A DNA stretch of 64,000 nucleotides from positions 1,728,001 to 1,792,000 of the forward strand of contig CBDHHL010000032.1 in assembly GCA_965263355.1 (NCBI GenBank), written 5' to 3'. The notes under the pieces were generated by a model. The model ran no database searches and had not been told where the DNA came from. It saw only the letters and a program-made list of their open reading frames with translations. The stretch's first letter is position 1. Each line of letters begins with the position of its first letter. The DNA is from Leptolyngbyaceae cyanobacterium. GTDB lineage: Bacteria; Cyanobacteriota; Cyanobacteriia; Phormidesmidales; Phormidesmidaceae. Positions 48,191 through 58,330 of the stretch are shown here, in pieces. The position numbers and the translations under genes were made by a program.

Positions 48191-49255
48191 CTACAATCCA
48201 GAATCTCTTACCTTATAATCAATCTCCTCCACTGGCAGATTCTCACAATCCAAATCCCCATACCGCAGCTGCAACCTGCGTTCCTTTGCATACTCCACTA
48301 GCCTGCCACCATACTTCTCCGCTTCCGTCCCCAACCCCTGGATGCGGATTTTGCCGTTAAACACCGTTGCCCGCGCCAAATAGATTACCAAATCATCCCG
48401 CGAAGGCCGATTCACTGTCACACTGGCGGTCAAGTGCGCTACCCCCCGCTCATCCAACTCCTGGGGCAACGCCATCGCCGTATTCCGAATTCCCCGAATC
48501 GCCACAATCGCCGAAGCAATTGCCATCGTAATATCCACCCCATCATCCGTCAAAATCTGATTGTTTGACAGATACTGAAAATTTCTCTCCCGCAGATCAT
48601 CACGAATACGACGATGAATGAGATTGTGTTGGTTGTAATGGGTTAATGCCCCCACAATGGCACCACAAGCAGCCCGAGGTTCTCGCCAGGGAGACTCTCG
48701 GGTTTTGCCATAAATCTGTTTATCGCCATCCCGCAAACGGCCCACATGGGTCTTTAGATCAATCGCCACCAGCGATATCGACTGTGGATTGCCCGCATAC
48801 ACCCGTCGCTTGAGGGCTTCGTCCAGCTCATGGGCCACCGTCACATGGGCCAATGTCGCCCCATTATCTGTCCCCCCACCCGCCGGGAAAAACGCCTCTA
48901 GCTTGAGTTCGCCAATTTCAGACAGTGTGGCAAATCGGGAGGCGACTACATCTCGATAGCGTTTGGTCGCCTCGCCCTGGTGGATGCGATCGCCACAGTT
49001 AGTATAGGCCAACGTCGTTACCACACTCGGCAAACTCATATCCGCACCACAGGCCTTGATATCCGTCGGGCTGACTGCCGCAAACTGCAGTTCATCCCGC
49101 AAAATTTGCAACCCTTTAATTAGGGCGTAGCGATCGCTAACGATTTCATTCAGATAGTTGTGGTACGCATTGCGCTCCATGCCAAAGCTAGCGCCTAGCT
49201 GCCAAAAGCGGTCTACTCGGCCTTGGGTCGCTACTGCATCAAAAGGGATGGTCAT
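48191..49255 (-). CDS. Conserved hypothetical protein, LCIB-like (theta-class carbonic anhydrase) candidate
   Basis: TNCGDRI (CxD), FFPAGG, THVG, GKTRE, AACGAIV in LCIB motif order. Confidence 0.6.
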   Translation of the reverse strand: MTIPFDAVATQGRVDRFWQLGASFGMERNAYHNYLNEIVSDRYALIKGLQILRDELQFAAVSPTDIKACGADMSLPSVVTTLAYTNCGDRIHQGEATKRYRDVVASRFATLSEIGELKLEAFFPAGGGTDNGATLAHVTVAHELDEALKRRVYAGNPQSISLVAIDLKTHVGRLRDGDKQIYGKTRESPWREPRAACGAIVGALTHYNQHNLIHRRIRDDLRERNFQYLSNNQILTDDGVDITMAIASAIVAIRGIRNTAMALPQELDERGVAHLTASVTVNRPSRDDLVIYLARATVFNGKIRIQGLGTEAEKYGGRLVEYAKERRLQLRYGDLDCENLPVEEIDYKVRDSGL

Positions 49256-51057
49256 GGTTGTTTGTTAAGCGCAAACACATCAAAGGGGATGACGTCTGAC
49301 TCGGGCTTACGGGTATCAAAATAATAACTGGTGACGTTGCCTGTGCCCGTATCTAGAATGCTAAAGGCGGTAATATCATTGCTAGAAAGATAGGGTAATG
49401 GCTGGCCGGTCTCATCCTTGAATGGCTTTAGGCTGGGCACGATGGGGGTTAACCCATTAGGATCGCCAATAGCCTCATAGGTCTCTTTGTAACGATTATC
49501 GTTAGGCACCGGTCTAGGATTGTCGGCCATGTGAGCATTATAGGTATTACCCACATTCGAAGACTCCAAAAATTGCATCCCGCCATCACTCTCAAAGCGA
49601 TTCCATAGGTGGGAGTGACCATAAAACACCAGGTTTGTACCCGCCTCTTCTAACAGGGGCAACAAATACTTGACAATGTGATCGTCACCCTTAGGATATT
49701 CGTAGCGAATATCCGTGAGATTGCCATCATCATCATGGTCGTATACCGGTATGGGTGTGGTAAACGCAGGTACCACATTACCCCCCAGGCTATGGGGCGG
49801 ATGGTGCAGCATAACAATCTTATATTTAGCCTGTTGAAATGCCTCGCTAGCCAGTTCTTCTTTTAGCCATTCATACTGGGGACTACCCGGTTCAATACTT
49901 TCAAAAATCATGTGACCATGGCCCCAATTTTTCGGGTTATCCAGGTCAGCTTTTCGCTCTTGGTAGCGACCACGGGTGTCGTCATCCACCGTAAACATGC
50001 GCCATATCTGGGTCACATAAAGAGACACCAGGCGCACATCCCCAAAAGTGGTGGCATAGTAACGCTGGGTTTCACCATCACCACGGGGAGTCTTAGGCAA
50101 CGAAAAGATCTCGTTATAGGTATCGATATTAAACGAGTTGTTTTTTAGCCACCGTTGTTCTACCCCAGGCGTATCAGTAGGGTTAAACACGTTTTTATAC
50201 TGGTCATAGAGAGTTTTAGCAGCGTCCCAGGGCACAGGGTCGTTAAACTGGTCATTTAGACCATTGGTGTTGCTGTAGCGTCCCATCACCTCATGGTTGC
50301 CCACTGCCGTAAATAGGGGGGCATTTTGAATCAGCTGACCGCCCCGGTATACGGTGCTAGTACCCTCTTTTTCTAGGGTGTAGTTTCCACGCCCCTGTAA
50401 ACAAGGAAAAAATGCGCCTCCCCGCGCATCGTCAAACCATTCTGAGGCTCGATCTGGGATGTTGACCAGGTCTCCAGCTAAAAACACACCATCGATTTGA
50501 CCCATGGTTTCTTCTACTTTTTGTAGATTAGCAGCGGTCATGGGCATCAGCTGATGATCTGACGTCAGTAAGATCTTTAGGGGCTGACCGGCTGGCGGTA
50601 ATGCGCTTAAGGAAAACCGATCGCTTTGAATGGTATTGCCATCATCATCAGTGCTAACCACCCCATAGGGAACTTGTAAACCGGGGCGGAGGTTACGAAT
50701 TTCAGCTTCGTGTCGCCAAATGGGGCGCTCGGTTACTTGCTCGTAGGACTCAACAGTACTGGACTTGGCATCCTCACGGGTGCGGCTTAGCTGAGTTGTC
50801 GTTGCGGGGACGACCTCATCCGTGGGGCCGTAGATTACTTGGTGATCGCTGCCTTCAAATTCGGTAAACCAGACCACACGTACCGACGACTCGGTGGGCG
50901 ATTGCAGAAATGGATCCGTGAGTAGGGTAGCTTTGGGAGGCATAGACGTTGGCTGCAGGGGTGCTATCGGTACATTGCTTAACTGTACAAATAACACCAC
51001 ACCCAGGGAAAACAATAGTCCCAAGGCTACTAATGTTCCGGTTTTGGCTCGGGCCAT
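49252..51057 (-). CDS. Purple-acid-phosphatase-like metallophosphoesterase
   Basis: N-terminal TM and FN3-like region; TSDHQ, AGDLV, GNHE, HHPP, GHSH. Confidence 0.88.
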   Translation of the reverse strand: MARAKTGTLVALGLLFSLGVVLFVQLSNVPIAPLQPTSMPPKATLLTDPFLQSPTESSVRVVWFTEFEGSDHQVIYGPTDEVVPATTTQLSRTREDAKSSTVESYEQVTERPIWRHEAEIRNLRPGLQVPYGVVSTDDDGNTIQSDRFSLSALPPAGQPLKILLTSDHQLMPMTAANLQKVEETMGQIDGVFLAGDLVNIPDRASEWFDDARGGAFFPCLQGRGNYTLEKEGTSTVYRGGQLIQNAPLFTAVGNHEVMGRYSNTNGLNDQFNDPVPWDAAKTLYDQYKNVFNPTDTPGVEQRWLKNNSFNIDTYNEIFSLPKTPRGDGETQRYYATTFGDVRLVSLYVTQIWRMFTVDDDTRGRYQERKADLDNPKNWGHGHMIFESIEPGSPQYEWLKEELASEAFQQAKYKIVMLHHPPHSLGGNVVPAFTTPIPVYDHDDDGNLTDIRYEYPKGDDHIVKYLLPLLEEAGTNLVFYGHSHLWNRFESDGGMQFLESSNVGNTYNAHMADNPRPVPNDNRYKETYEAIGDPNGLTPIVPSLKPFKDETGQPLPYLSSNDITAFSILDTGTGNVTSYYFDTRKPESDVIPFDVFALNKQP

Positions 51058-51335
51058 GGAAAATTCCTGGATAGTGACCGATATCTAAGTGACTGATATC
51101 AATGCGATTTACTGTTCGCTAATTTACCCTGTGAACGGTCATAAGAGTTCTCTATCCATACCCAATTGAAAAATTGTCTAAAGCGGTCTCTACCTTTTAA
51201 TTCTAAGAGGAATGATAGATGGGGGATAAGGGGACGACCTAAGCAGGGTGACATTCTTTATTTAGCTGATTTTTTATCCAAAATTTAACACTGGCTAAGT
51301 ATTAATATTTGACGGTTTATTTTTACAGGGTATAG

Positions 51336-52169
51336 ATGGCCAAGCTGCGCCTGCCAAAATTAAATAGCTGGGTGACAACCTTGGTCTTAGCGTCCATCGG
51401 TTTACATGGCCTGGTGCTGGCATTGCCGATGCCAGATTTGGTGGTCGAAACCCCTGAAACCCCTGAAATTACTGATCCAGAAGTGATTCAGGTAGTAACC
51501 TTGCCCAAGTTGGCAAAGGCTGCTGAACCGTCTGAATCTTCCGAACCGCTACTGCCAGAACCTGAGGACCCCCTACCTGAGGAACCGCCATTTAGGGAAG
51601 CGCCAGTGGAAGAAATCGTGCTAGCGGATCCAGAGATATTGGACGAGATTGAACCTGAACTGGACGACTTTATTGAAGACGAATGGGAGCAGGAGCCAGA
51701 CATTGAACCTAATCCAGTGGGTGTAGATGAGGAGTTGAGGGATGAAGAGCCCATTGAGCTGACGCTAGATCAGCGCATGGCAAGTCTTGATAGCTACAGC
51801 AATTTTGACGGTATGCGGGTTGGGGATGGGGTAGCCGCAACTCGACTTGGTGAAATATCACTGCAGGGGGGGGGCTGGCCCAGCCCTTTTCGAGAGTTAG
51901 AACAGGGCTTGGTTGCCGTTATGGTCCCGCTGCAGGATTGTTTAGAGGAACCGCCAGGAACCTCGGTAAGTTTTATCGTTGAAGTAGGGCCTGATGGCAT
52001 GTTAACCGGTGACCCAGAACCCTTAAACAGTGCCGGATATGAGGTGTTGGATGAAAAAGCACTAGAGATTGCTCGTAATGCAGATTATGCTGCATATCAT
52101 CCAGCCGGTGAGACAAAGGCTTACTCCTTCGCCATCCAGATTGAGTATGAAGCTTGTATTCCAACGTAG
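51336..52169 (+). CDS. TonB-like protein (TM, Pro/Glu-rich linker, TonB_C-like domain)
   Basis: ASIGLHGLVL anchor; P/E-rich linker; VEVGPDG...SAGYEVLDEKAL. Confidence 0.65.
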   Translation: MAKLRLPKLNSWVTTLVLASIGLHGLVLALPMPDLVVETPETPEITDPEVIQVVTLPKLAKAAEPSESSEPLLPEPEDPLPEEPPFREAPVEEIVLADPEILDEIEPELDDFIEDEWEQEPDIEPNPVGVDEELRDEEPIELTLDQRMASLDSYSNFDGMRVGDGVAATRLGEISLQGGGWPSPFRELEQGLVAVMVPLQDCLEEPPGTSVSFIVEVGPDGMLTGDPEPLNSAGYEVLDEKALEIARNADYAAYHPAGETKAYSFAIQIEYEACIPT

Positions 52170-52213
52170 AGTGCTGTTAGCGAAGCGTAACGCACCCAAT
52201 TAAGGGGATATGC

Positions 52214-53788
52214 CTAACCAATACCCAGACGTCCAGCCAAGCTCGGACTCAAAGGAATTAATGTGGCCAACATTAAAAACAGAATCAGCAATGCCAGAGC
52301 AGCACGGGCGTCATCCGGCTCGGTAATATCGTCTGTACAAGGCCGTTCTTCACCACGCTGTAGAAATAAGATGAGGGCTCCCCAGTAAAGGGCGAGGGGG
52401 TTACCCAGGGCGATGAGAATTAGGATAATCAGGGTAACAGCGGTAGCTCGTCCGGCAATTTTGCGACCGTAGATGGATTGGACAATGCGACCACCATCAA
52501 TACGTCCAGCAGGCATAATATTCAGGGCTGTGATCACCATGCCCAACCACCCCATCAGCACCAGCGGATCCACATCCACCAGGGTCGAGTTTTGCAGGGC
52601 ATCCCCTAAAACAGCACGGGCCAGGGTACCAACCAGGACAGACTCTTGGAAAAACTCAACAGGTAATTGGTAATAGCTACCGGGATGGGAGAGTATCAGC
52701 CCTAATATCAGCATTGCTAAGGAGAGCAAACCGCCTGCTGCTGGACCGGCAAAGGAGATGTCGAAGAGTACCGTGCGATTGGGGAGAATGGACTCAAATC
52801 GAGTGAGTGCACCAAAGGCACCGATTTGCCAGGCGGGTAAGGTAAAGGGAGGGCTGAGTTTGACGTTGTAGCGCCTGGCCTGCCAGCGATGGCCCAGTTC
52901 ATGGACAACCAGGACCGAGAGAACGGCTAGGGCAATGGGGAGCACCTCTGGCCAGCGTTGAGGCTCGTCAAATAGGTTAAAGTCTTTAAGTAGGGCACCG
53001 GTTTCTAGACTGGTGATAAATGTTGCGATCGCAAGCGCCACAGCTAAAATTTTCTGCCGTAAATCTGACGGTTTTGGATCCGTGTCACCCGGTAACACAA
53101 TCACCGCAGGTCGATCCTCAGGGCCGGTAATCAAAAATAACCGGTAGCGATCGCCAAAGCGTTTTTCTAGCTGGGCTACTAAAGTCTTGGCAGTGGCCTC
53201 GGCCTCACCCCGCAAATTGCCCTTAAAGAAAACCCCGGACGGGTAAGGCACCGTTTCGGTTCTAAAAAAGGTATCCATGCCGAAAATAGCCTCAATCTCG
53301 GGCAGATCTGCGTCGGGAATGGCCGGGACCGGGGTCAGGGCATCGGCACTGGCTGGTGTGGCTGTATCTGCACCAGATGCGTCAGCATTCACCTCGGTTG
53401 AGGATGCTAAATCCGACGCCATATTTTCAGTAGAAGTATCAGTGGTGGCTACCTCTACTGGCGTTTCATCTGAGGGCGAGTCTGGCATAGCGTCTTGACT
53501 TTGGGTGTCTTGGCTTTGGGGTTTATTCTGGGGAGCCGCTTTAGCTAAGATTCTTAACTGTCGCCCTAAAAAGATATATAAGCCAGTGGAAACCACAATG
53601 GCGGTCAATACCCAGGCAATATTCAGATAGATACCAAAGGTAAATAACCCAAAAAACACCAGCCAGGGCACCATTAACACCACTGACTGTAGCCAAGCAA
53701 AAATTCCTAGCTTGCCATCGGGACGGGCTCGGATAAACCCCCAAATCAAAATGCCAACTGCGGCTAATAAGATTAAAACCGTCACCAT
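52214..53788 (-). CDS. Site-2 protease, M50 family (EGY-like)
   Basis: HELGH, ISFAGP, LNIMPAGRIDGG. Confidence 0.92.
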   Translation of the reverse strand: MVTVLILLAAVGILIWGFIRARPDGKLGIFAWLQSVVLMVPWLVFFGLFTFGIYLNIAWVLTAIVVSTGLYIFLGRQLRILAKAAPQNKPQSQDTQSQDAMPDSPSDETPVEVATTDTSTENMASDLASSTEVNADASGADTATPASADALTPVPAIPDADLPEIEAIFGMDTFFRTETVPYPSGVFFKGNLRGEAEATAKTLVAQLEKRFGDRYRLFLITGPEDRPAVIVLPGDTDPKPSDLRQKILAVALAIATFITSLETGALLKDFNLFDEPQRWPEVLPIALAVLSVLVVHELGHRWQARRYNVKLSPPFTLPAWQIGAFGALTRFESILPNRTVLFDISFAGPAAGGLLSLAMLILGLILSHPGSYYQLPVEFFQESVLVGTLARAVLGDALQNSTLVDVDPLVLMGWLGMVITALNIMPAGRIDGGRIVQSIYGRKIAGRATAVTLIILILIALGNPLALYWGALILFLQRGEERPCTDDITEPDDARAALALLILFLMLATLIPLSPSLAGRLGIG

Positions 53789-53952
53789 TGCCCAGAAATC
53801 CCGAGAACACCATCGAAACCCTTGATATACCTAAAAATCTAGGTTAGGTGTATCAAAAGGTTCAAGATATCACGGCACCAAAGAAAAAACCAATAACTTA
53901 CTCCTTTAGGGCTTACCTACCTGCAATCTAAGGCAATCAGGAGCATTGAGTT

Positions 53953-55004
53953 ATGAAAAATAGCTTGCAGTGGCATAGACCGTCGGGGCCTTGGATACTA
54001 AGTACCTGTTTTCTAGCGGGCGCTGCCTTTAGCTGGAATCCACCAGTAAAGGCCGACAGTTTTGTGGTTCCTGACAATACCTTAGGAGCAGAAAATTCAG
54101 TCGTAAATGAGCTAGATGGCCTAACGCAGATCGTTGAGGGCGGTGCCATCCGAGAGAGTAATCTTTTCCATAACTTTTTAGAGTTTAACGTCGCCGACAG
54201 TCATGCGGTGTACTTTGCCAACCCGGTAACGGTTGAGTCAATTCTGACACGGGTAACCGGGGATAACCCATCGACTATTTTGGGCCGATTGGGAGTACTG
54301 GGGGACGCCGATCTGTTTTTACTAAATCCCAATGGCATTGTATTTGGCGAAGGGGACTTTCCATTACCACTAACAATCTTTCCGTACAGAATGGTGCCTC
54401 ATTAGGTGCTAGCACGTTTGGCCAGGGTAACTCAGGGCCAGTAGAGATTGTGGCAACAGGCGACATTGTGGTCGATGGCGCAGATTCTTTTCTTACTAGT
54501 GCAGTTAACTCGAGTGCAGCCGGTAATAGTGGCGGTATTTCTATCATCACTGACAATCTCTCTGTACTCAACGATGCAACAGTTACTGCCAGCACATTTG
54601 GTGAGGGTAACTCAGGGCCAGTAGAGATTGTGGCAACAGGCGATATTGTGGTCGATGGCGCAGATTCTTTTCTTACTAGTGCAGTTAACTCGAGTGCAGC
54701 CGATAATAGTGGCGGTATTTCTATCATCACTGACAATCTCTCCGCCTTAAATGGGGCTGCTGTAACCACTCGTACAGACAACGATGGGACGGCTGGCGTT
54801 TTAAGCTTACAATCTAATCCCAATGCTGACCTGACTATTGTGTTATCAGAAGGGGTCTCCATTAACGCCCTGACCAATAGTCCGGAAGATGGAGGCGATC
54901 TAATTATCAGCAGTGGTGGTGCGCTGACAATTCAAGGCCCAGGTAAACTGACCACTGAAAGTGAGGTGGCTCTATCTCGCCCAGGGTTCAAAACCCAGGG
55001 CTAA
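53953..55004 (+). pseudogene. Filamentous haemagglutinin (TpsA-like) gene, internally deleted/frameshifted and truncated
   Basis: NLFHNF...ILTRVTG...LFLLNPNGIVFG secretion domain; frame changes near 54355; GNSG beta-helix repeats; ends in palindrome gcccagggttcaaaacccagggc. Confidence 0.8.
54408..54742 (+). repeat. 180-bp-period coding duplication inside the haemagglutinin remnant
   Basis: 54421-54560 is nearly identical to 54601-54740. Confidence 0.85.
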
Positions 55005-55140
55005 TAGGATCAAAACCTACTAAAGGGGTTAATAAGCTTGTAGACAGTCCCAAAGGGAATTTTGTAAAGAATAAAGTAATGGCAAACACCCTTTCAGGTT
55101 AAACTCGACACCGCGAAGCCTGCTGCCGATTTACGTTACT

Positions 55141-56412
55141 ATGAGCGCTCAAGAGCCGTTTGATCGTACTGCTATGTCAGCAGAGTCGATGCCTCAGACT
55201 CCAAAAGCATCGGAAACCTTTACCGTTGACTACAATCCCGATCCTGATTTTGCACCCCTGGCAGACCATCATCATGCCGAAGCGATCGCGACGGTACCCC
55301 TCAACTCACCGATAAAAGTGTCTGTGCCATTATTGATTGCGATCGCATCCACCCTAATCACCATTATCGGATTAATCTTAAACAGCGTTTGGCTGATTTC
55401 CTTTGGCTCTCTAGTTGCCCTGGTCATTTCCATCCGTTTGGCAATGCCCACCCTGCGAGCAATTGTCCACGACCTATCACCCGAGCAACGATCATTAATT
55501 CTTTCCATTCCCGGACTAACCTTAGGCATTTACGGCTTGATGCAGGTCAGTGGCCTCAATGCCAGTCTGCTAAAGTGGGGCGCAACCCTACGCTGGGATG
55601 CCATCGGTGCCCTGGGCGATTTCCTAGGCGCCCTGGGCCAAATCTTTATCGCCATTTTGGCCCTCTATGTCGCCTGGCGGCAGTTTATAATTTCCCGCGA
55701 TTTAACCACCCAGCAAAATTTAATCACCCAGCAGCAAACCATTGATGCCTATTTCCAAGGCATTTCAGAACTCGTACTGGACGACGAAGGCCTACTCGAA
55801 GACTGGCCCCAGGAACGCATCATTGCAGAAGCCCGCACCGCCGCTATTTTGGGCGGTATCGATGGGGATGGCAAAGCCAAAGTTTTACGATTTCTATCGC
55901 GCTCTAAACTCCTCACTCCCCTGGCCCGCGATCAGCGCTTAGGACGTCCCATATTGGACGGATCCGGCGGTTATGCAGAGGACCGTCTCAACGGCACCAG
56001 GGTAATTGACATTGGTGTCATGCTGGCAGCAGCAGACATCTCTGGTAACGACTTACGCTGGGTCGACCTAAGTGACATCAATTTGATCCGCTCTAACCTG
56101 GCCCAATGCAATCTAGTCCGTGCCGATTTTACCCGCACCGTTTTATGCGATGCCGATTTATCTGGCACCGACCTGATGGGCACTCGTTTCTTTTACGGCT
56201 CCCCTAACATCGCCACACCCCGTACCCGCAACGACGTCCCCAACTATGAAACCGGTGAATTTACCGGTGCTGTCGTAGAAGGTGTAGACCTATCCAATGT
56301 GCAACGACTATCTGAAGACCAGCGCTGTTATCTATGCGCCTGGGGTGGCAGCAAAACCCGAGCAACCATTCCCGGCGGCTGTCACGATATCCCAAATCGG
56401 TTAGGGCGATAA
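55141..56412 (+). CDS. Membrane protein with C-terminal pentapeptide repeats
   Basis: Four TM segments; TQQQTIDAYFQGIS, LEDWPQER; ADISGNDL...ADLSGTDL. Confidence 0.85.
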   Translation: MSAQEPFDRTAMSAESMPQTPKASETFTVDYNPDPDFAPLADHHHAEAIATVPLNSPIKVSVPLLIAIASTLITIIGLILNSVWLISFGSLVALVISIRLAMPTLRAIVHDLSPEQRSLILSIPGLTLGIYGLMQVSGLNASLLKWGATLRWDAIGALGDFLGALGQIFIAILALYVAWRQFIISRDLTTQQNLITQQQTIDAYFQGISELVLDDEGLLEDWPQERIIAEARTAAILGGIDGDGKAKVLRFLSRSKLLTPLARDQRLGRPILDGSGGYAEDRLNGTRVIDIGVMLAAADISGNDLRWVDLSDINLIRSNLAQCNLVRADFTRTVLCDADLSGTDLMGTRFFYGSPNIATPRTRNDVPNYETGEFTGAVVEGVDLSNVQRLSEDQRCYLCAWGGSKTRATIPGGCHDIPNRLGR

Positions 56413-56442
56413 TTTCATAGTCAGCATTTCAGCACATGTCAA

Positions 56443-56482
56443 ATTCCCGTAGGAGCATTGCGTGTAATGCCCCTACGGGAAT
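56443..56482. repeat. REP-like palindrome / probable terminator
   Basis: attcccgtaggagcattg-cgtg-taatgcccctacgggaat. Confidence 0.7.
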
Positions 56483-56616
56483 CAATTTATACACAAATTT
56501 TTTGTAAGGTTGCCTCAATTCCGGTGCAATTTATCTATCAACTAAACCAGGTTTGGGTAAATTTAGACTAGTGCATGTCGCTGTGTTCCTGTCTATTGCT
56601 CTTCTAATCACTGCCC

Positions 56617-58287
56617 ATGGTCTCAAAAAAGCGTAAGAAACGGTCTAAAAAACGATCGGTTGACACACCAGAACAACCCACACTCACAAATAAAGAACAA
56701 CGGGCAAAGGAGCGAGCCGCCGCTAAGGTACGCTCTAGCTTAATTCAGTTTACGATTCTTGCTTTTTTGGCCTCAGGTTTGGTAGGGCTGATGTTGGGTT
56801 TGATGATAGAACCCACATTTGGGATTGCTGCCACGGCTGGACTGCTATGCCTCAGCTTATCCTTTAAGTATCAGCGCTATGCGCTTTACGCCTTTATCAT
56901 CTACATCCCCTTTTCCGGCACCGTCACTTACATGCTGGGGGGCAATTCCTTATTGCAGTTAGCCAAAGACGCCTTCTATATACCAGCCTTAATCGGCGTT
57001 ATTCAGATGTGTCGCAAAAAACGTCTGAATATTTTATTGCCAGAAGCGGTCAAAATGCCGCTGGTGCTGGTGCTGGCAATTGTTATTCTCAATCTTTTGC
57101 TGATTAATCTACCTCAGCAATTTGAGGCGGGTGGAGATGAAAGCCCCTTAATGATGGGCATTCTGGGGCTTAAAATTCTGCTGGGGTATTTACCAGTGAT
57201 CACCTGTATTTACTACTTGATGCGCACCTCGGACGATCTTTACTTTTTGCTGCGGATGCAGGCGACGCTAGTACTGGTCGCTTGTGTTTTAGGCTTTACC
57301 CAATATTTGATGCTCAAAACCGGTATCTGTTCTGGCACCGAGGGGATTGGTGCCGAAGGGGTGGACCTGTTCAAAGCATCACTGCAGTCTCGCTGCTTTG
57401 TGGGTGGCTCGCTTCTATATAGTCCATCCCAGGGCCAAATTCGATTGCCAGGGACGTTTGTAGCACCTTGGCAATGGGGCTGGTTTTTAATCTCCAGTGC
57501 ATTTTTTAGCTTTGGTACCGCCTTTAACGATCGCTCACCCTTTTGGCGACTCATTGGTATCATTTCTTTAATCACTGTATTTGTCATGGCAGTGGTTTCT
57601 GGCCAGCGAATTGCGTTATTTTTAGTTCCCCTTGCTGTGGGTGTGCTGAGTGTGATGACCGGGCAAGTGGCTAACCTAAAACGATTTTTACCCATTGGTG
57701 TGATTTTAGGGTTGATCCTGGTAGGGCTAACCGTTCGTAACCCAGAACTTATGCAGGAGCGGATCGATAGCTTTCAGGCACGGTGGAATGCCTCGCCTCC
57801 CCATGTCTTTGTTATTCAGCAGTTTTCAGAGGTGATTGAGGCTCAAGACGGTATTTTAGGAAATGGTGTGGCTCGAGCTACCAACGGAGCCCGTATATTT
57901 GGTAAAGTTCGCCTGGTAGAAACGTATCACCCTAAACTGCTCTACGAACTGGGACCGTTGGGTTTGTTCTTTATGTTGCTGCTGTATACATCCTTGAGCG
58001 TAGCCACCTTTAAGGCCTATCGAAAAACCAGGGATAAAAACCTACGGGGCTATGCGGCATCCATGTGGGTATTTGTCTTATTTATTAGTTTCTTTCCCTA
58101 TTACTATCCCCTGGATGTTGACCCAGTCTCTGTTTACTACTGGTTAGCAGCGGGTATTGCGCTGAAGATTCCCACCTTGGACAAACAGGAGCGGGAATTA
58201 GCTAACCCGAAGAAAAAGCGGCGGTTGCGATCGCGTAAGCAACCGTTATTGGAAAATACAGCCCAAGAAGAACCTCAACCGGTCTGA
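56617..58287 (+). CDS. hpsL: Hormogonium polysaccharide biosynthesis membrane protein HpsL
   Basis: QLAKDAFY, IRLPGTFVAPWQW, SGQR, ETYHPK, YYYPLDVDP; first gene of a GT cluster. Confidence 0.8.
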   Translation: MVSKKRKKRSKKRSVDTPEQPTLTNKEQRAKERAAAKVRSSLIQFTILAFLASGLVGLMLGLMIEPTFGIAATAGLLCLSLSFKYQRYALYAFIIYIPFSGTVTYMLGGNSLLQLAKDAFYIPALIGVIQMCRKKRLNILLPEAVKMPLVLVLAIVILNLLLINLPQQFEAGGDESPLMMGILGLKILLGYLPVITCIYYLMRTSDDLYFLLRMQATLVLVACVLGFTQYLMLKTGICSGTEGIGAEGVDLFKASLQSRCFVGGSLLYSPSQGQIRLPGTFVAPWQWGWFLISSAFFSFGTAFNDRSPFWRLIGIISLITVFVMAVVSGQRIALFLVPLAVGVLSVMTGQVANLKRFLPIGVILGLILVGLTVRNPELMQERIDSFQARWNASPPHVFVIQQFSEVIEAQDGILGNGVARATNGARIFGKVRLVETYHPKLLYELGPLGLFFMLLLYTSLSVATFKAYRKTRDKNLRGYAASMWVFVLFISFFPYYYPLDVDPVSVYYWLAAGIALKIPTLDKQERELANPKKKRRLRSRKQPLLENTAQEEPQPV

Positions 58288-58330
58288 GATATTTTCCCAC
58301 CGATAACCCAACCCTTTATTTCCTATAGCT

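Noticed and set aside
54275..54877. 200-aa minus-strand ORF
   Set aside because: Antisense shadow of the haemagglutinin repeats.
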